Shown piece after piece: positions 46,036 to 57,000 of a DNA stretch of 64,000 nucleotides. The position numbers and the translations under genes are program-made. The notes under the pieces are model-generated. The model did not search any database. It was not told the DNA's origin and saw only the letters and a list, made by a program, of their open reading frames with translations. The DNA is from a virus. Position 1 is the first letter of the stretch, and each line of letters starts with the position of its first letter. The stretch lies in IMG/VR virus record IMGVR_UViG_3300021960_000046, positions 22,740-86,739 of that record. One strand, written 5' to 3'.

Positions 46036-47581
46036 AAGTTGATTTGAGTTTAGAAGCTTGTTCTTCCCAATCCCTTCTTCTACTATCTAATCTAGTTGTT
46101 ACTTCGTCCCAAGAATTATGATAATGCCTTTTATCAGAATTACAATTTTCTTGTGCAATTCTATGAAAGTCATGTACAAACCATCTCATACCTGGAGCAA
46201 TACATTGTAATCCCTCTGATAGTTCCCAACGACCATCTCTTTTTCTTCTAAAGGAATCTTCAAAAGCATTTCCCTTTTTAACAGGCCATTTTTGAGACCA
46301 TTGTCTTCTTTGAACATCTTGCCAATATGGCGTATCTTCTCTATTTGATAATGAGTAATGCATAGCCACGAAAGCCGCAAAACCATCAAACATTTTACTA
46401 GTTAAGAAGTTATATTCTTCTCTATCATACTCTGTGTATTTGTCTCTTTCACCACCAATTTTAGCCACTAAATGTCTTAAAAATTCATGTACTGAATATA
46501 GTCCATTACTTTCTAGTGGTTCAATAAAACCAGCAGATAAACCAATAGCGACAACATTATTGACCCACATTCTTTCGTGTCGACCAACTCTCATTTTAAT
46601 TTTCTTAAATTCTAATTCTTCTACAGGTACACCACTATAGTTTTTATCTTTAATGAATTGTTTAAACTCTTCTAAAGCATTTTCATCACTAATATATTTG
46701 TCTGAATAAACATAACCTGTACCCCAACGAGTCCATAAAGGAATTTTCCATACCCAACCATTATTATGTGCAATACAATCGGTGTATAGATTAATTTCTT
46801 TTTCTTTATCTTTATAAGGCAGTCTTGTTGCCCAAGCTGAGTTGTTTGGCAATACATCAGCAAAGTCAATAAACTTTTCACCTAATGCTTTGCCTAGTAA
46901 TAATGATTTGAAACCTGTACAATCAATCCATAAGTCAGCTTCATACTTGTCTCCGTTTTCTAATACAACGGATTCTACATTATTGTTTTCATCTGTGATT
47001 ACATCTGTAACATCACCTAATACATGTTGTACACCTTCGGGAATACAAACCTCATCTTTTAAGAATAAACCAAACTTAGTTGCGTCAAAATGATACGCTT
47101 TATCTTTATTATAATTAAAATTAGGAAAGTTTTCTCCTAATGTGTTTTTATTAACCATAGCCATTTGAGAATAGTTTGTATCTGCAAAATCAGTTACAGG
47201 AGTATCAGGTAAAAAACATTTTTTATAATACCAATCATTTGTGCCATCTCTGTTACCAAATGTCACAGGTAATCCAAAAGGATAATGAAACCCACCATCA
47301 TTGACATCATAGAAATTTTCAAAACGAATACTTAGTTTAATTGTTCCGTCTGTGTGCTTTACAAATCTTTTAGGATCATTCAATCCAATTAATTCTAACC
47401 AATTAGAAATACCACCAATTGTACTTTCACCAACACCTACGGTTGATATATTAGGACTTTCAATTAGTGTAATCTTGGTGCCTGGTTTACAGGTTCTAAT
47501 CAGAGTAGCCGCTGTCATCCAGCCTGCACTTCCGCCACCTACGATTTTAATGTCATTGTATTTGTTGTATAGTTTACTCAT
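45986..47581 (-). CDS. flavin-dependent halogenase (tryptophan halogenase/PrnA family)
   Basis: GGGSAGW, VGEST, catalytic Lys in GTIKLSI.F, DCTGF, WxWxIP (GWVWKIPL), FIEPLES. Confidence 0.9.
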   Translation of the reverse strand: MSKLYNKYNDIKIVGGGSAGWMTAATLIRTCKPGTKITLIESPNISTVGVGESTIGGISNWLELIGLNDPKRFVKHTDGTIKLSIRFENFYDVNDGGFHYPFGLPVTFGNRDGTNDWYYKKCFLPDTPVTDFADTNYSQMAMVNKNTLGENFPNFNYNKDKAYHFDATKFGLFLKDEVCIPEGVQHVLGDVTDVITDENNNVESVVLENGDKYEADLWIDCTGFKSLLLGKALGEKFIDFADVLPNNSAWATRLPYKDKEKEINLYTDCIAHNNGWVWKIPLWTRWGTGYVYSDKYISDENALEEFKQFIKDKNYSGVPVEELEFKKIKMRVGRHERMWVNNVVAIGLSAGFIEPLESNGLYSVHEFLRHLVAKIGGERDKYTEYDREEYNFLTSKMFDGFAAFVAMHYSLSNREDTPYWQDVQRRQWSQKWPVKKGNAFEDSFRRKRDGRWELSEGLQCIAPGMRWFVHDFHRIAQENCNSDKRHYHNSWDEVTTRLDSRRRDWEEQASKLKSTYEFLRDEFFEGKDDYK

Positions 47582-48150
47582 TTTTTCCTCATATAGTTTA
47601 TATTCATAATTACTCTACGGTCTTTATCAGTTTGAGTAAAAGCCGAGTGTACTAAATTGCCATCAAATAGAATTAATCTATTTTCTTTTGTTTCGAATTC
47701 TTTATCGCCAATAATACTAGCACCATTGTCACTAGTAAAACATAGTATGCCTGTTATATATTCAAAATTATTATTGGTTGTTTCGTAAAAATCTGTATGT
47801 TTAGCTAGATATTTTACTTTGTTTTGATTTGTGTACAGATTTAACTTCCACTTCAAAGGTTCACCAATAGGAACATTATGTTCATGTAAGGCGTCTGTTA
47901 TAGGGAAAAAGTTTCTGTACATATCACTAGTAGGACCTTTAGGTGTAAGAAGAACATTATGTAACATAAATGTTCCTACATCTTTAGTATCTACTTTTGT
48001 GATTGTGGGGTCTTGTGGGTTATAATCAAAGTCGGACCAATGCCAAGGAAAATCAATCCCTAAGACAAAGTTTTGTAACCTGTTAAATGTGTGTTTTGGA
48101 AGGAAGTCATCAATACACTTCACAAATCCATTATCAAAATTATCAATCAT
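47578..48150 (-). CDS. 2OG-Fe(II) oxygenase (HxD)
   Basis: FPW, HTD, NR..LFDG...H, R..MNINY. Confidence 0.8.
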   Translation of the reverse strand: MIDNFDNGFVKCIDDFLPKHTFNRLQNFVLGIDFPWHWSDFDYNPQDPTITKVDTKDVGTFMLHNVLLTPKGPTSDMYRNFFPITDALHEHNVPIGEPLKWKLNLYTNQNKVKYLAKHTDFYETTNNNFEYITGILCFTSDNGASIIGDKEFETKENRLILFDGNLVHSAFTQTDKDRRVIMNINYMRKK

Positions 48151-48155
48151 AATAT

Positions 48156-48163
48156 TATTTATC
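48156..48163 (-). promoter_or_regulatory. variant late promoter upstream of the 2OG-halogenase-bilin cassette
   Basis: GATAAATA (1 mismatch); the same variant lies upstream of gp3 near 28697. Confidence 0.45.
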
Positions 48164-48189
48164 CATCTATAGGAAAGACGGTTATGATA

Positions 48190-48648
48190 TTAGATGTCTG
48201 TTTGGTCTTCCCACTCGTTAGTGCTAGGATTCCATCTATACCAAGTAGTCATTTCACCTGTTTTTTTCGCATACCATCTATTAGTAAGTTCACTCCATTT
48301 CATACCTGAATATGTATTACCATTGCTGGTTGTTTCATATTGATGAGGTGCAACCCAATCGCCAATAGTTTTATCAATTCTCCAACTTGTACAAGGATTG
48401 CCGTTCAAATCTTCATATAAATCTGGATGAAAACATTTTAATTCAGCATTCCAATTACTACCTTTATTGGCTTCTCCATTTACATTACTAAGATTAGCAA
48501 TATAAGTTCCTGCACCAAAAGTTTTAATACAATATTGTTCTACTTTTTCTTGTGTGATAGTACCGGTAGCATCCATACCATAGTTTCTGTTAATAGAAAA
48601 AGTATTTTCTACTTTGTCGTTACTATCTAATTTTGCAACTTCTATCAT
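48190..48648 (-). CDS. Trp-rich partner of Gly-rich fibre protein, copy 3
   Basis: VAKLD..NKV, PC.SW, W.AP, W.E....W; paralog of 50045 and 51892. Confidence 0.6.
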   Translation of the reverse strand: MIEVAKLDSNDKVENTFSINRNYGMDATGTITQEKVEQYCIKTFGAGTYIANLSNVNGEANKGSNWNAELKCFHPDLYEDLNGNPCTSWRIDKTIGDWVAPHQYETTSNGNTYSGMKWSELTNRWYAKKTGEMTTWYRWNPSTNEWEDQTDI

Positions 48649-50036
48649 TAAATTCTACCTTTATATCTGATTACTACTATACCGTCTGCGCCTTTACCGC
48701 CATAGTGAAGTTGTGAAGCGTTACCATCACATCCTCCGCCACCGCCGCCTGTGTGTTCTTCGGCCATTGCACCGCCACCTTGAGCACCGCCACCGTGTCC
48801 GCCACCAGCAGCTGAAGTATGATTGTGACCGGATGCGCCGCCACCACCTGCATACCAAATATCTCTGCCTGTAATATCATTTCTTTCACCTCTACCGCCG
48901 TGGCCACCTTCGTGGTGACCGTAATTGTCAGAACCTCTTTGATGAGCACCACCGCCACCACCGTGTGTATGACTTTCGTGGGTACCACCTCTGTTACCTG
49001 AACCTTGTCCGTTAGCATTTCCATGAGTATGACCATGAGCAGCACCTCCGCCTGAACCACCGTCTCGGCCTCTGGAGTTACTTGAACCTCCTCCGCCACC
49101 GCCACCTGATACCATGCCGTCAAATGTTGATGAACCGCCATCATGTCCGTGTGAGTTAGATGTTCTTTGTGAACCGCCTGTACCAACTACAACTGCGTAA
49201 TTTTGTGCTGTAATGGCATAATTTTTTGAGTTGTTTGCTCTGTATCCACCAGCACCACCGCCACCTGCGTGGTGTGTACCGCCTGAACCGCCACCGCCAA
49301 TGATTAGATATTCAATCTTATCACCTAATACGGAATCTGTACCTAGAGCATGTACTTTAAAAGTACCTGATGTTAAAAACTTGTGAACAACATCATCGCC
49401 GTCTATATAAATTTCTTCAGCGTCTGAGGTAGCAATTGGCCATCTTCGTGAGCCAACATTTTTAACTGCAACACCTCTATTTGTTTGACCGCCTAATTCT
49501 TGGTTATAATCTGATTGAAATTTAGTAACTCTCCAACCACCATCACCTGAAATACCGTCATCAAAAGTAAATTCTACAACTGCACCTTTTTGATGAATAA
49601 CCCAATCGTCTGGTTGTCCTTCAATTAATTGTCCACTTCTATTAATAGTTACAGGATTTTCAGAGAAAGTTCCTCTGTAATCCGAAATCTGAATTTGGTC
49701 ACCTCTTTGAGGAGCTGCTGGAAATGTAATCGTAACAACACCGTTTGTTGTATCTACAAAGTATGCGTTTTCACCTGTAGCAGAAAAGTTTGATGTTCTA
49801 ATGGTATTGTGCGCCATTTTTTCGGCTGCCGTACCTTTAGACATATATCTCCAATAAGTGGAGTTTTCTGCTTCACCTGTCGCTGGTGCTTGATTTGTGT
49901 GACCTAACACACAAATGAATGTACTCGTAATACCTGAATGTTGGTACTGAACGAAATCATCCACTTCATAAGCAACGGAGTTTTGCCATTGCCCCTGATA
50001 AGTTGGTTTTAATTTGCCTAAGTCTATTGCTGCCAT
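48648..50036 (-). CDS. Gly/His-rich tail fibre or adhesin, copy 3
   Basis: IDLGKL N-terminus, YFVDT...TITFP..P..GD domain, H.F...GTF.V, C-terminal polyglycine domain ending GIVVIRY. Confidence 0.75.
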   Translation of the reverse strand: MAAIDLGKLKPTYQGQWQNSVAYEVDDFVQYQHSGITSTFICVLGHTNQAPATGEAENSTYWRYMSKGTAAEKMAHNTIRTSNFSATGENAYFVDTTNGVVTITFPAAPQRGDQIQISDYRGTFSENPVTINRSGQLIEGQPDDWVIHQKGAVVEFTFDDGISGDGGWRVTKFQSDYNQELGGQTNRGVAVKNVGSRRWPIATSDAEEIYIDGDDVVHKFLTSGTFKVHALGTDSVLGDKIEYLIIGGGGSGGTHHAGGGGAGGYRANNSKNYAITAQNYAVVVGTGGSQRTSNSHGHDGGSSTFDGMVSGGGGGGGSSNSRGRDGGSGGGAAHGHTHGNANGQGSGNRGGTHESHTHGGGGGAHQRGSDNYGHHEGGHGGRGERNDITGRDIWYAGGGGASGHNHTSAAGGGHGGGAQGGGAMAEEHTGGGGGGCDGNASQLHYGGKGADGIVVIRYKGRI

Positions 50037-50044
50037 TTTTTTCC

Positions 50045-50494
50045 CTATTCTGTTACTTCAATCCAAGTTTGTGTAGCAGTATCCCAATAACTTTGTTTAG
50101 AAGTCTCAACCATTTGTGATGGATAAGAATACCATTTTTGTTCTGCTTCGTCCCAATCAAATTTAGCTCTATTGGCTTCATCTTTGAAAGGACCTATCCA
50201 AAAACAATTCTCATTTAATGTCCATGAATTGCAAGGGTTGCCGTTTCTATCTACAGGTCTAGGACCATGAAAATGTCTATCTTCAGCATGCCATATATCA
50301 TCTACACTAGGATATGTACCTGCCATATCATCTGTGTATAGTATATATGTTCCTGCACCATTTACTGCTTCAGCAAATGCTTGTGCTTTTGTTTGTGATA
50401 CTACACCAGTAATATCTGCAATTTTTTTAGGATTAGCAGTTATAACCTGTGTTACTACATTGTTCTCATCAATTTTTGCTATGTAATTTGCCAT
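50045..50494 (-). CDS. Trp-rich partner of Gly-rich fibre protein, copy 2
   Basis: AKIDENN.V..V, PC.SWTL, WDE..QKW. Confidence 0.6.
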   Translation of the reverse strand: MANYIAKIDENNVVTQVITANPKKIADITGVVSQTKAQAFAEAVNGAGTYILYTDDMAGTYPSVDDIWHAEDRHFHGPRPVDRNGNPCNSWTLNENCFWIGPFKDEANRAKFDWDEAEQKWYSYPSQMVETSKQSYWDTATQTWIEVTE

Positions 50495-50496
50495 AT

Positions 50497-51867
50497 TTAT
50501 CTAACCCTATATCTGATTACTACTATACCATCACCGCCGCCGCCACCTCGTCTGTGACCACCAGAAGTACCATCTGTACCTCCGCCACCGCCTCCGGTAC
50601 CGTTAACTCCGTATCCACCGCCTGCTTGGCCTCCACCACCTTCACCGCCTGCTGGGCATGAAGTGTGATTGTGTCCGGCTGCGCCGCCACCACCTGAGTA
50701 GTGTTGTGGAATTCCTGTAATATCGTTTTCGTAGCCTCTGCCACCGTGACCTGCCATGTGGTTACCATAATGGTCTGCACCTGGTTCAGCAGCACCGCCT
50801 CCGCCACCACCATTGTGATGTCCGTTTGAACCGCCTCTATGACCTTGACCTTGTCCGTTTGCGTCACCGTGTCCGCCTGTGTGATTACCACCACCGCCAG
50901 AACCACCTGAACGACCACCGCCGTTTGGATGTCCGCCACCGCCTCCGCCACCTGCACTTGTTAAACCAAATGCCGTAGAAGCAGAACCAGTTTGTCCGTG
51001 TCCGTCACCGCCGTATTGTGAACCGCCGGCACCAACTACGATTGAATATGCTTGAGCAGTTACAGCTTGTGCGAAAGAGTTATTTGCTCTATATCCTCCT
51101 GCACCACCACCTGCGCCATGGTGTGTTCCACCTGAACCACCGCCACCTACAATTAGATACTCGACTACATCGCCTAATGCGGAATCTGAACCTGTTGAAT
51201 GTACGGTAAATGTGCCAGATGTTAAAAACTTATGTACCATATCTCGGCCATCTAAGTAAACTTCTTCGGCATCCGAAGTAGCAACTATATATCTTTTAGA
51301 ACCTAATCCTTGATGTCCTTTTGTTTTTAAACCTGAATTTTCTTCGTTACTATAAGTAACAAATTTCCAACCTTGACCACCTGTACCATTGTATGCTAAT
51401 TCTATAACGGTACCTTTTGCATTTAAAACAAAATCATCAGGTTCGCCTTCAATCAATGAACCGTTACCTGCTAATGTACAAAAATTAGTGTTGAAAGTTT
51501 TTGCGTAATCTATAATTTTTAAATATGTGCCATCACTAGGTGCTGATGGTAATGTAACCGTAATTGCACCACTTGAAGTATCTACAAAGTAAGCACTTGA
51601 ACCTGAAGCTGTAAAATCTGCTGTTGAAACTGATTGATAAGCAATAGCAATCTGGTCAGTACCTTTTGCCATAAATTTCCAGTAAGTAGAATTTTCTGTT
51701 CCACCAGTTGCTGGAATTTGGCCTGTACTATTTGTAACAGCAATAAATGTACTTAAAGTACCACCATCTGAATATTGTACGATATCGTCTTTCTCGTAAG
51801 CAGTGCCAGACGACCAAGTACCTTTGGGCGTTAATGCTAATTTTCCTAAATCAATTTGTATTGCCAT
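50497..51867 (-). CDS. Gly/His-rich tail fibre or adhesin, copy 2
   Basis: Same architecture as 48648..50036. Confidence 0.75.
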   Translation of the reverse strand: MAIQIDLGKLALTPKGTWSSGTAYEKDDIVQYSDGGTLSTFIAVTNSTGQIPATGGTENSTYWKFMAKGTDQIAIAYQSVSTADFTASGSSAYFVDTSSGAITVTLPSAPSDGTYLKIIDYAKTFNTNFCTLAGNGSLIEGEPDDFVLNAKGTVIELAYNGTGGQGWKFVTYSNEENSGLKTKGHQGLGSKRYIVATSDAEEVYLDGRDMVHKFLTSGTFTVHSTGSDSALGDVVEYLIVGGGGSGGTHHGAGGGAGGYRANNSFAQAVTAQAYSIVVGAGGSQYGGDGHGQTGSASTAFGLTSAGGGGGGGHPNGGGRSGGSGGGGNHTGGHGDANGQGQGHRGGSNGHHNGGGGGGAAEPGADHYGNHMAGHGGRGYENDITGIPQHYSGGGGAAGHNHTSCPAGGEGGGGQAGGGYGVNGTGGGGGGTDGTSGGHRRGGGGGDGIVVIRYRVR

Positions 51868-51891
51868 ATTTTTTTTAACCTATCCTATTTA

Positions 51892-52356
51892 TTATAGCTC
51901 CGTGCTATTAGTATCTACCCATGATTGTGTACTATTGTTCCAAGTCCACCAAGTGTTATATTCCACACCTGCTCTTTGAGCATACCAAGTAGCATTACTT
52001 TCTCTCCAATTAAATTTTTTCATAGTGATTGTGCCATTTGCACCATATTGGTGTGGTGCTTGCCATTCGAATTCTGTATTAGAATATGTCCATGAAGCAC
52101 ATTCAACACCTTCAATATCTTTAGGTCTGATATCTCTAAAAGAGTTTGAGGCTGCATGATATTCCTGGCCAATTTCAGGTGAAGTGTTTGTATGCATATC
52201 ACATTTGTATGTATAACCTTCGCCCCATAATTTTGTACAAACAGCATTAATGCTATGATGTGTACATGAACCTGTAGATTTGTCAATACACTTTTCAACT
52301 TTAAGAATATGAACATCTACTACTTTATTATTACTATCTATTTTAGCTACTTTCAT
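51892..52356 (-). CDS. Trp-rich partner of Gly-rich fibre protein, copy 1
   Basis: VAKIDSNNKV, C.SW, W.APHQY, W.E....WY. Confidence 0.6.
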   Translation of the reverse strand: MKVAKIDSNNKVVDVHILKVEKCIDKSTGSCTHHSINAVCTKLWGEGYTYKCDMHTNTSPEIGQEYHAASNSFRDIRPKDIEGVECASWTYSNTEFEWQAPHQYGANGTITMKKFNWRESNATWYAQRAGVEYNTWWTWNNSTQSWVDTNSTEL

Positions 52357-52357
52357 A

Positions 52358-53728
52358 TTACTTAACCTTATACCTAATTACTACTAGTCCTGAACCGCCA
52401 GCGCCACCATAGTTTGCTTGACCTGTAGAACCATCTGTTCCACCGCCACCACTTCCACTAAATGGTTCTGCACTACCGCCATTTCCTGAACCGCCGCCAC
52501 CTAAGCCGCCGCCACCAGGACCTCCGTGTTGATGTGTTCCTGCACCACCGCCTCCACAATACCAACGATTTTCGCCTGTAATGTCTGAAGCTGTACCGGA
52601 TCCACCGTTACCACCCATGTGATGTCCGTATTGGTCACCACCTCTAGTGTATGAACCGCCACCACCGCCATGAGTATGACTTTCGTGGTTACCACCTCTG
52701 TTACCTGAACCTTGTCCGTTTGCGTTACCATGTGTGTGATTGTGTCCCGAACCACCACCTGAAGCACCATCTCGGCCTCTTCCAGCATTCGAACCACCAC
52801 CGCCACCGCCACCTGATGTTAAACCAAATGCACTTGAAGAACCTCCGTCATTACCTGTAGTGTTAGAGTATCTTCTATCACCACCAGCACCTACGGTAAT
52901 TGTATATGCTTGTGGCGTAACTGCTTGGTTATAAGCTGCGTTATCTCTGAAACCACCAGCACCACCGCCACCAGCATGGTGTGAACCACCTGAAGCGCCA
53001 CCGCCAACAATTAAATATCTTACATTTGAACCGAAAACGGAATCTGAACCTACTGAATGAACGGTAAATGTTCCTGAACTTAAAAACTTGTGTACCATGT
53101 AATCGCCATCTAAGTAGACCTCTTCTGCGTCTGAGGTTGCGTTAATCCATCTTTTTGAACCAACACCTGGCGATACTGCTTTATCTTTATTATTAATTTC
53201 GTCTGAGTTAAATGAAGTAATCTTCCAACCATTTGAACCTGAAACTGAACTATCATATGTGAAGTACACATGTGTACCTCTACTATTTAAAACCCAATCA
53301 TCCGGTTCACCTTCAATAGTGTTACCGTTTGCAGCTAATGTTACTTGATTAATATGGAATGTTCTTGCTCTATCAATAAATGCAATTTGGTCACCGTTAC
53401 TTGGTGAGGCAGGCATTGTAATTGTAATTGCGCCTGCTGTTGTATCGACAAAATAACCAGTTGAACCTGAAGCTGTAAAACTTGATGTTTCTGGAGCACC
53501 CCATGTCATTGATACTGCGTCTGTACCTTTTGCCATTAATGCCCAATAAGTTGCATTTGGATTACCAGCAGTTGAAGGCACCTGATTTGTACTATTTGCT
53601 ATAGCAATGTATGTACTTGTAACACCTGTATCAGTATATGTAACCATATCGTCAACTTCATAAGCTGTACCGCCTACATAAGCGCCTCGATATTTTACTT
53701 TTAATTTTCCTAAATCTATTGTTGCCAT
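52358..53728 (-). CDS. Gly/His-rich tail fibre or adhesin, copy 1
   Basis: Same architecture as 48648..50036. Confidence 0.75.
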   Translation of the reverse strand: MATIDLGKLKVKYRGAYVGGTAYEVDDMVTYTDTGVTSTYIAIANSTNQVPSTAGNPNATYWALMAKGTDAVSMTWGAPETSSFTASGSTGYFVDTTAGAITITMPASPSNGDQIAFIDRARTFHINQVTLAANGNTIEGEPDDWVLNSRGTHVYFTYDSSVSGSNGWKITSFNSDEINNKDKAVSPGVGSKRWINATSDAEEVYLDGDYMVHKFLSSGTFTVHSVGSDSVFGSNVRYLIVGGGASGGSHHAGGGGAGGFRDNAAYNQAVTPQAYTITVGAGGDRRYSNTTGNDGGSSSAFGLTSGGGGGGGSNAGRGRDGASGGGSGHNHTHGNANGQGSGNRGGNHESHTHGGGGGSYTRGGDQYGHHMGGNGGSGTASDITGENRWYCGGGGAGTHQHGGPGGGGLGGGGSGNGGSAEPFSGSGGGGTDGSTGQANYGGAGGSGLVVIRYKVK

Positions 53729-53743
53729 TTACTCTGCCTAGTC

Positions 53744-53977
53744 CTAGTTATCAATTGTTGCTATTAAGTGACCGTTTGTCGGATCAATTGAAAATACAAA
53801 TCCTGAAGCTGCGAATATTACATCATCAAAGCTTGCCATTTGAGCAGCTGTGATATTTGACGCACCCCCATTAGTTGTAATTACTTGTAAAGTATCATTA
53901 ATGCCGTCACCGTCCGAATCCGTTTTAATGAACCCGTAAACCTCGGCCTTACCTGTAAAATCTCGTAATTCAGACAT
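53744..53977 (-). CDS. small hypothetical virion protein
   Basis: 77 aa; GGAG RBS; behind a late promoter. Confidence 0.6.
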   Translation of the reverse strand: MSELRDFTGKAEVYGFIKTDSDGDGINDTLQVITTNGGASNITAAQMASFDDVIFAASGFVFSIDPTNGHLIATIDN

Positions 53978-53999
53978 TTAAAATACTCCCTTATTTGTA

Positions 54000-54007
54000 T
54001 ATTTATA
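54000..54007 (-). promoter_or_regulatory. T4-type late promoter
   Basis: TATAAATA. Confidence 0.75.
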
Positions 54008-54014
54008 ATTCTTA

Positions 54015-57000
54015 TTATACATTCTCTACTAATTTCCATCCATAAGTTGTACCTGTGTAAACTAAACCGACAGCGGCGTTGTCTGTAGATAAAACAAATG
54101 TTTGATTTAAACCCATAACTTTTGCACCGTTACCTTGTACATCACAATTGTTTGTTGCGAAGTTATCTGTTAAGTCCATAATTCTTAATTCATCTCCAAC
54201 TTGAGGTGAAGCAGGCAGTCTAACAATTGCCTTGCCACCAGATGTATCAACAAAACTACGAGAACCAACATCTAAAGTTATAACCGTAGAACCGTCACCT
54301 GTGAGTGTAGCCCAAGGTAAGAAACCACTTAAACCTGTCCATTGTCCTGAGTTGTTGTAACCTTCCCAAGTATTCTTATCAGTATTAAATCTGATACCAC
54401 CTGCAAACAAGTTAATACCTGCATTTGATGGTCTTTGAGCAGTTGTACCAATCGGTACCGTAAAGTGTCCTGGTCCCATACCATTTCTTTGAGTGTATCC
54501 AACAATTGCTCGTTCTGTAGGAACTGAGGTATCGGAATCACCGGCCATGGTTGGGTCAGTTGAAAATTCATTAATAGTTGCGCCAAGTGAAGCACCAATA
54601 GAACCTAGTTGTAATTCTGTCAAACCAGAAAGGTCAAATGCGTCTGCGTTCAATGTCGCAATACCAGTTGACTGCTGGATTCTGAATAAATTACCAACTC
54701 TAAAGTCACCGTTTTGGTCAGTTGAAGAGAAGTAAACTCTACCACCATTTAATTCTACCGTTTCATCATCTTGGTCAGCAGGTTGTGTTACACCTACTGC
54801 GTTTGGATAATTTGTATCAGCAAAAGAACCAGTACCAATATCTAAGAAGTCGTGGCCTGTTAATCTGATATTTGAAAATCTATTTGTTTGACTTATTGTA
54901 GTACCAGGCGCTTTTGCGTCTGAAGCTGTAATAGCAGGATTAACTTTAATAATCGCTGTCTCATTTACTAAGTTTTCTTCGGATACTTGTGTAATTCTGT
55001 AATAGTTTGTATCGCCATCTACAGCACCTGTAAATGCGTTAGAAGCTAAGACAACTACATTAGCAGAACTTAATGTTCCGTCTGTAGATGAAATTGGAAT
55101 TACGAAACCTTGAATACCTGAAGAACCAACCGTTGAAGGAGTTGGTTCACCAAACAATGTTGATAATTGGAAAGTATAAGTTGAACTATCAGCTTTTGTA
55201 CCAGTTACGGTTTCACCTTTTTGGAAATCACCTGTAAGGTTTTCAATGTAAATGTACTTAGCGGATGTTTGTAAATAGAAAATTGTACCTGTTGCACCAG
55301 AAGTATTACCAACTAGTGTTTGACCTAATACTAAGTTATTTTCATCATTTGAACCACCTACGAAAGTTTTGGAATCAAACTCAAGCATTTTACCTCTTGT
55401 TTGATATTGTACAGGAACTTCTTCGTAGTAATTACCATCTGCAACAGCACCTTGTTCTCCGTATGCCATTGAAGAGTTAAGTGAACGAACAAAACCACCA
55501 CCTGTTGCATAAACAGCCTTATCACAATAGTATGTGAAGACTGATACAATCTCTGCACGGCCGTTGTTCAATGCATGAACACCTATACCATCTGAGTTAA
55601 TTTGTGTAAAGTCGTTTGCCAACATTGATTTGTTGGAATTTGGATATGAATATCTATGTAATGCACCATCAATCTCGATACCAGTTGCGTTGGCATTGAT
55701 TGAAGTCATGTTTTGACAATAAGGTGAAGCAGTTGTAATATTACCAGTTGGGTCTAATGAAGTAACTGCCGCTTTTCTTGTACCACCAGTATTTGCTGGT
55801 ATACCTGTCAACCCTTGTGAAGACATTTCTAATAAGTTTGTGTTGTTATTTAACAACCACATTTTAGCTGCATTATTTAATTCTAATGAAGCAACGGTAG
55901 CAGTAATTGTTGCGTTACCGCCAAGTTGTGAACTATCTAAAGTAATTGTTTCGTTTAGTTGATAACCATGACCGCCATGGTAAACAACAACCGTAGGAGC
56001 TGAAGAACCATCTGCTATTACCGAAAGAATACAACCCTTACCATTAAGACTTGATGTAGTATGTTTAAAGTGATAAGAACCTGGAGTACCACCTGTACCG
56101 CCTGTAATATTGTTAAGTGTAGCAATCTGTGTTGAACTGCCTGAAGCAGGTCTAACTTGTGTACTTCTTAAAGATGTACCTTTAACGGTAACACCTGCTG
56201 GAATAACTAATGGTAATTGTTCTCTATAAACACCGTTTGCGATATGAATTGCGTCACCAACTGATACTGAGATTACATCAAAAGTTAAATCAGTTGCGCC
56301 ACCTAATTGTGTACCTGTAATTGTGATTACATCACTAATTGAGTGACCTGAACCGCCATCTGTAATTTCAATAAATGGTGTAGATGAACCATCAATTGTA
56401 ACACGAGCAGTAATATTTGTACCTGAACCAGAAGATGTACCTGTTACATCATTGTAAACACTAGGAACTCCGCCTGTACCACCTGATACATTGTTAAAGT
56501 CTGCAACATCACCAGAAGTCGCTACTGATAATGCTTTGTGAATTGTTCTGAATGGAAATTGTTTTGAACCGTCATATGTATCTTTACCGTTGTTTGCAAC
56601 ATAGATAACATTTCTGTCCTCTGAACCACCCCATAAAATATCTGTACCATTTGAAGTTAAAACTGAACCTCTAGGACCTACACCTAATCTTTCATTGGCT
56701 GTAGAACCTCTAACCATAATATCGCCTCGTCTAGTAAGCACATTGTTACTATCACCTTGCGACATCAAATTCCATTTTGTATTATCTGTTCCTGGTTCAA
56801 CATTCAATACATCATATTCAATACAAATGTATGATGATGTTGAAAATTCTACTACATGACCTTTTTGATATGTTGAAGAAACACTATAGTTGCCTTCCCA
56901 TTTCATACCTTCGTTGATTACTTCCCATTTAGCTGGGTGACTTGAAGGTGTTTGACCTGCTGAAGTATCTACAATACAAACATATGACCAACCACCAAAC

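Larger units (their letters stand above)
48190..53728 (-). repeat. diverged tandem triplication of a ~1.85 kb adhesin plus partner cassette
   Basis: Shared peptides (TSDAEE.Y.DG...VHKFL.SGTF.VH) and near-identical DNA blocks, e.g. TACCACCTCTGTTACCTGAACCTTGTCCGTT near 48983 and 52690. Confidence 0.85.

Noticed and set aside
48648-53728. CCGCCACC-type repeats as a CRISPR array or DGR template/variable repeats
   Set aside because: They are Gly codon runs inside ORFs; no regular repeat-spacer period, and no cas or reverse transcriptase gene in the window
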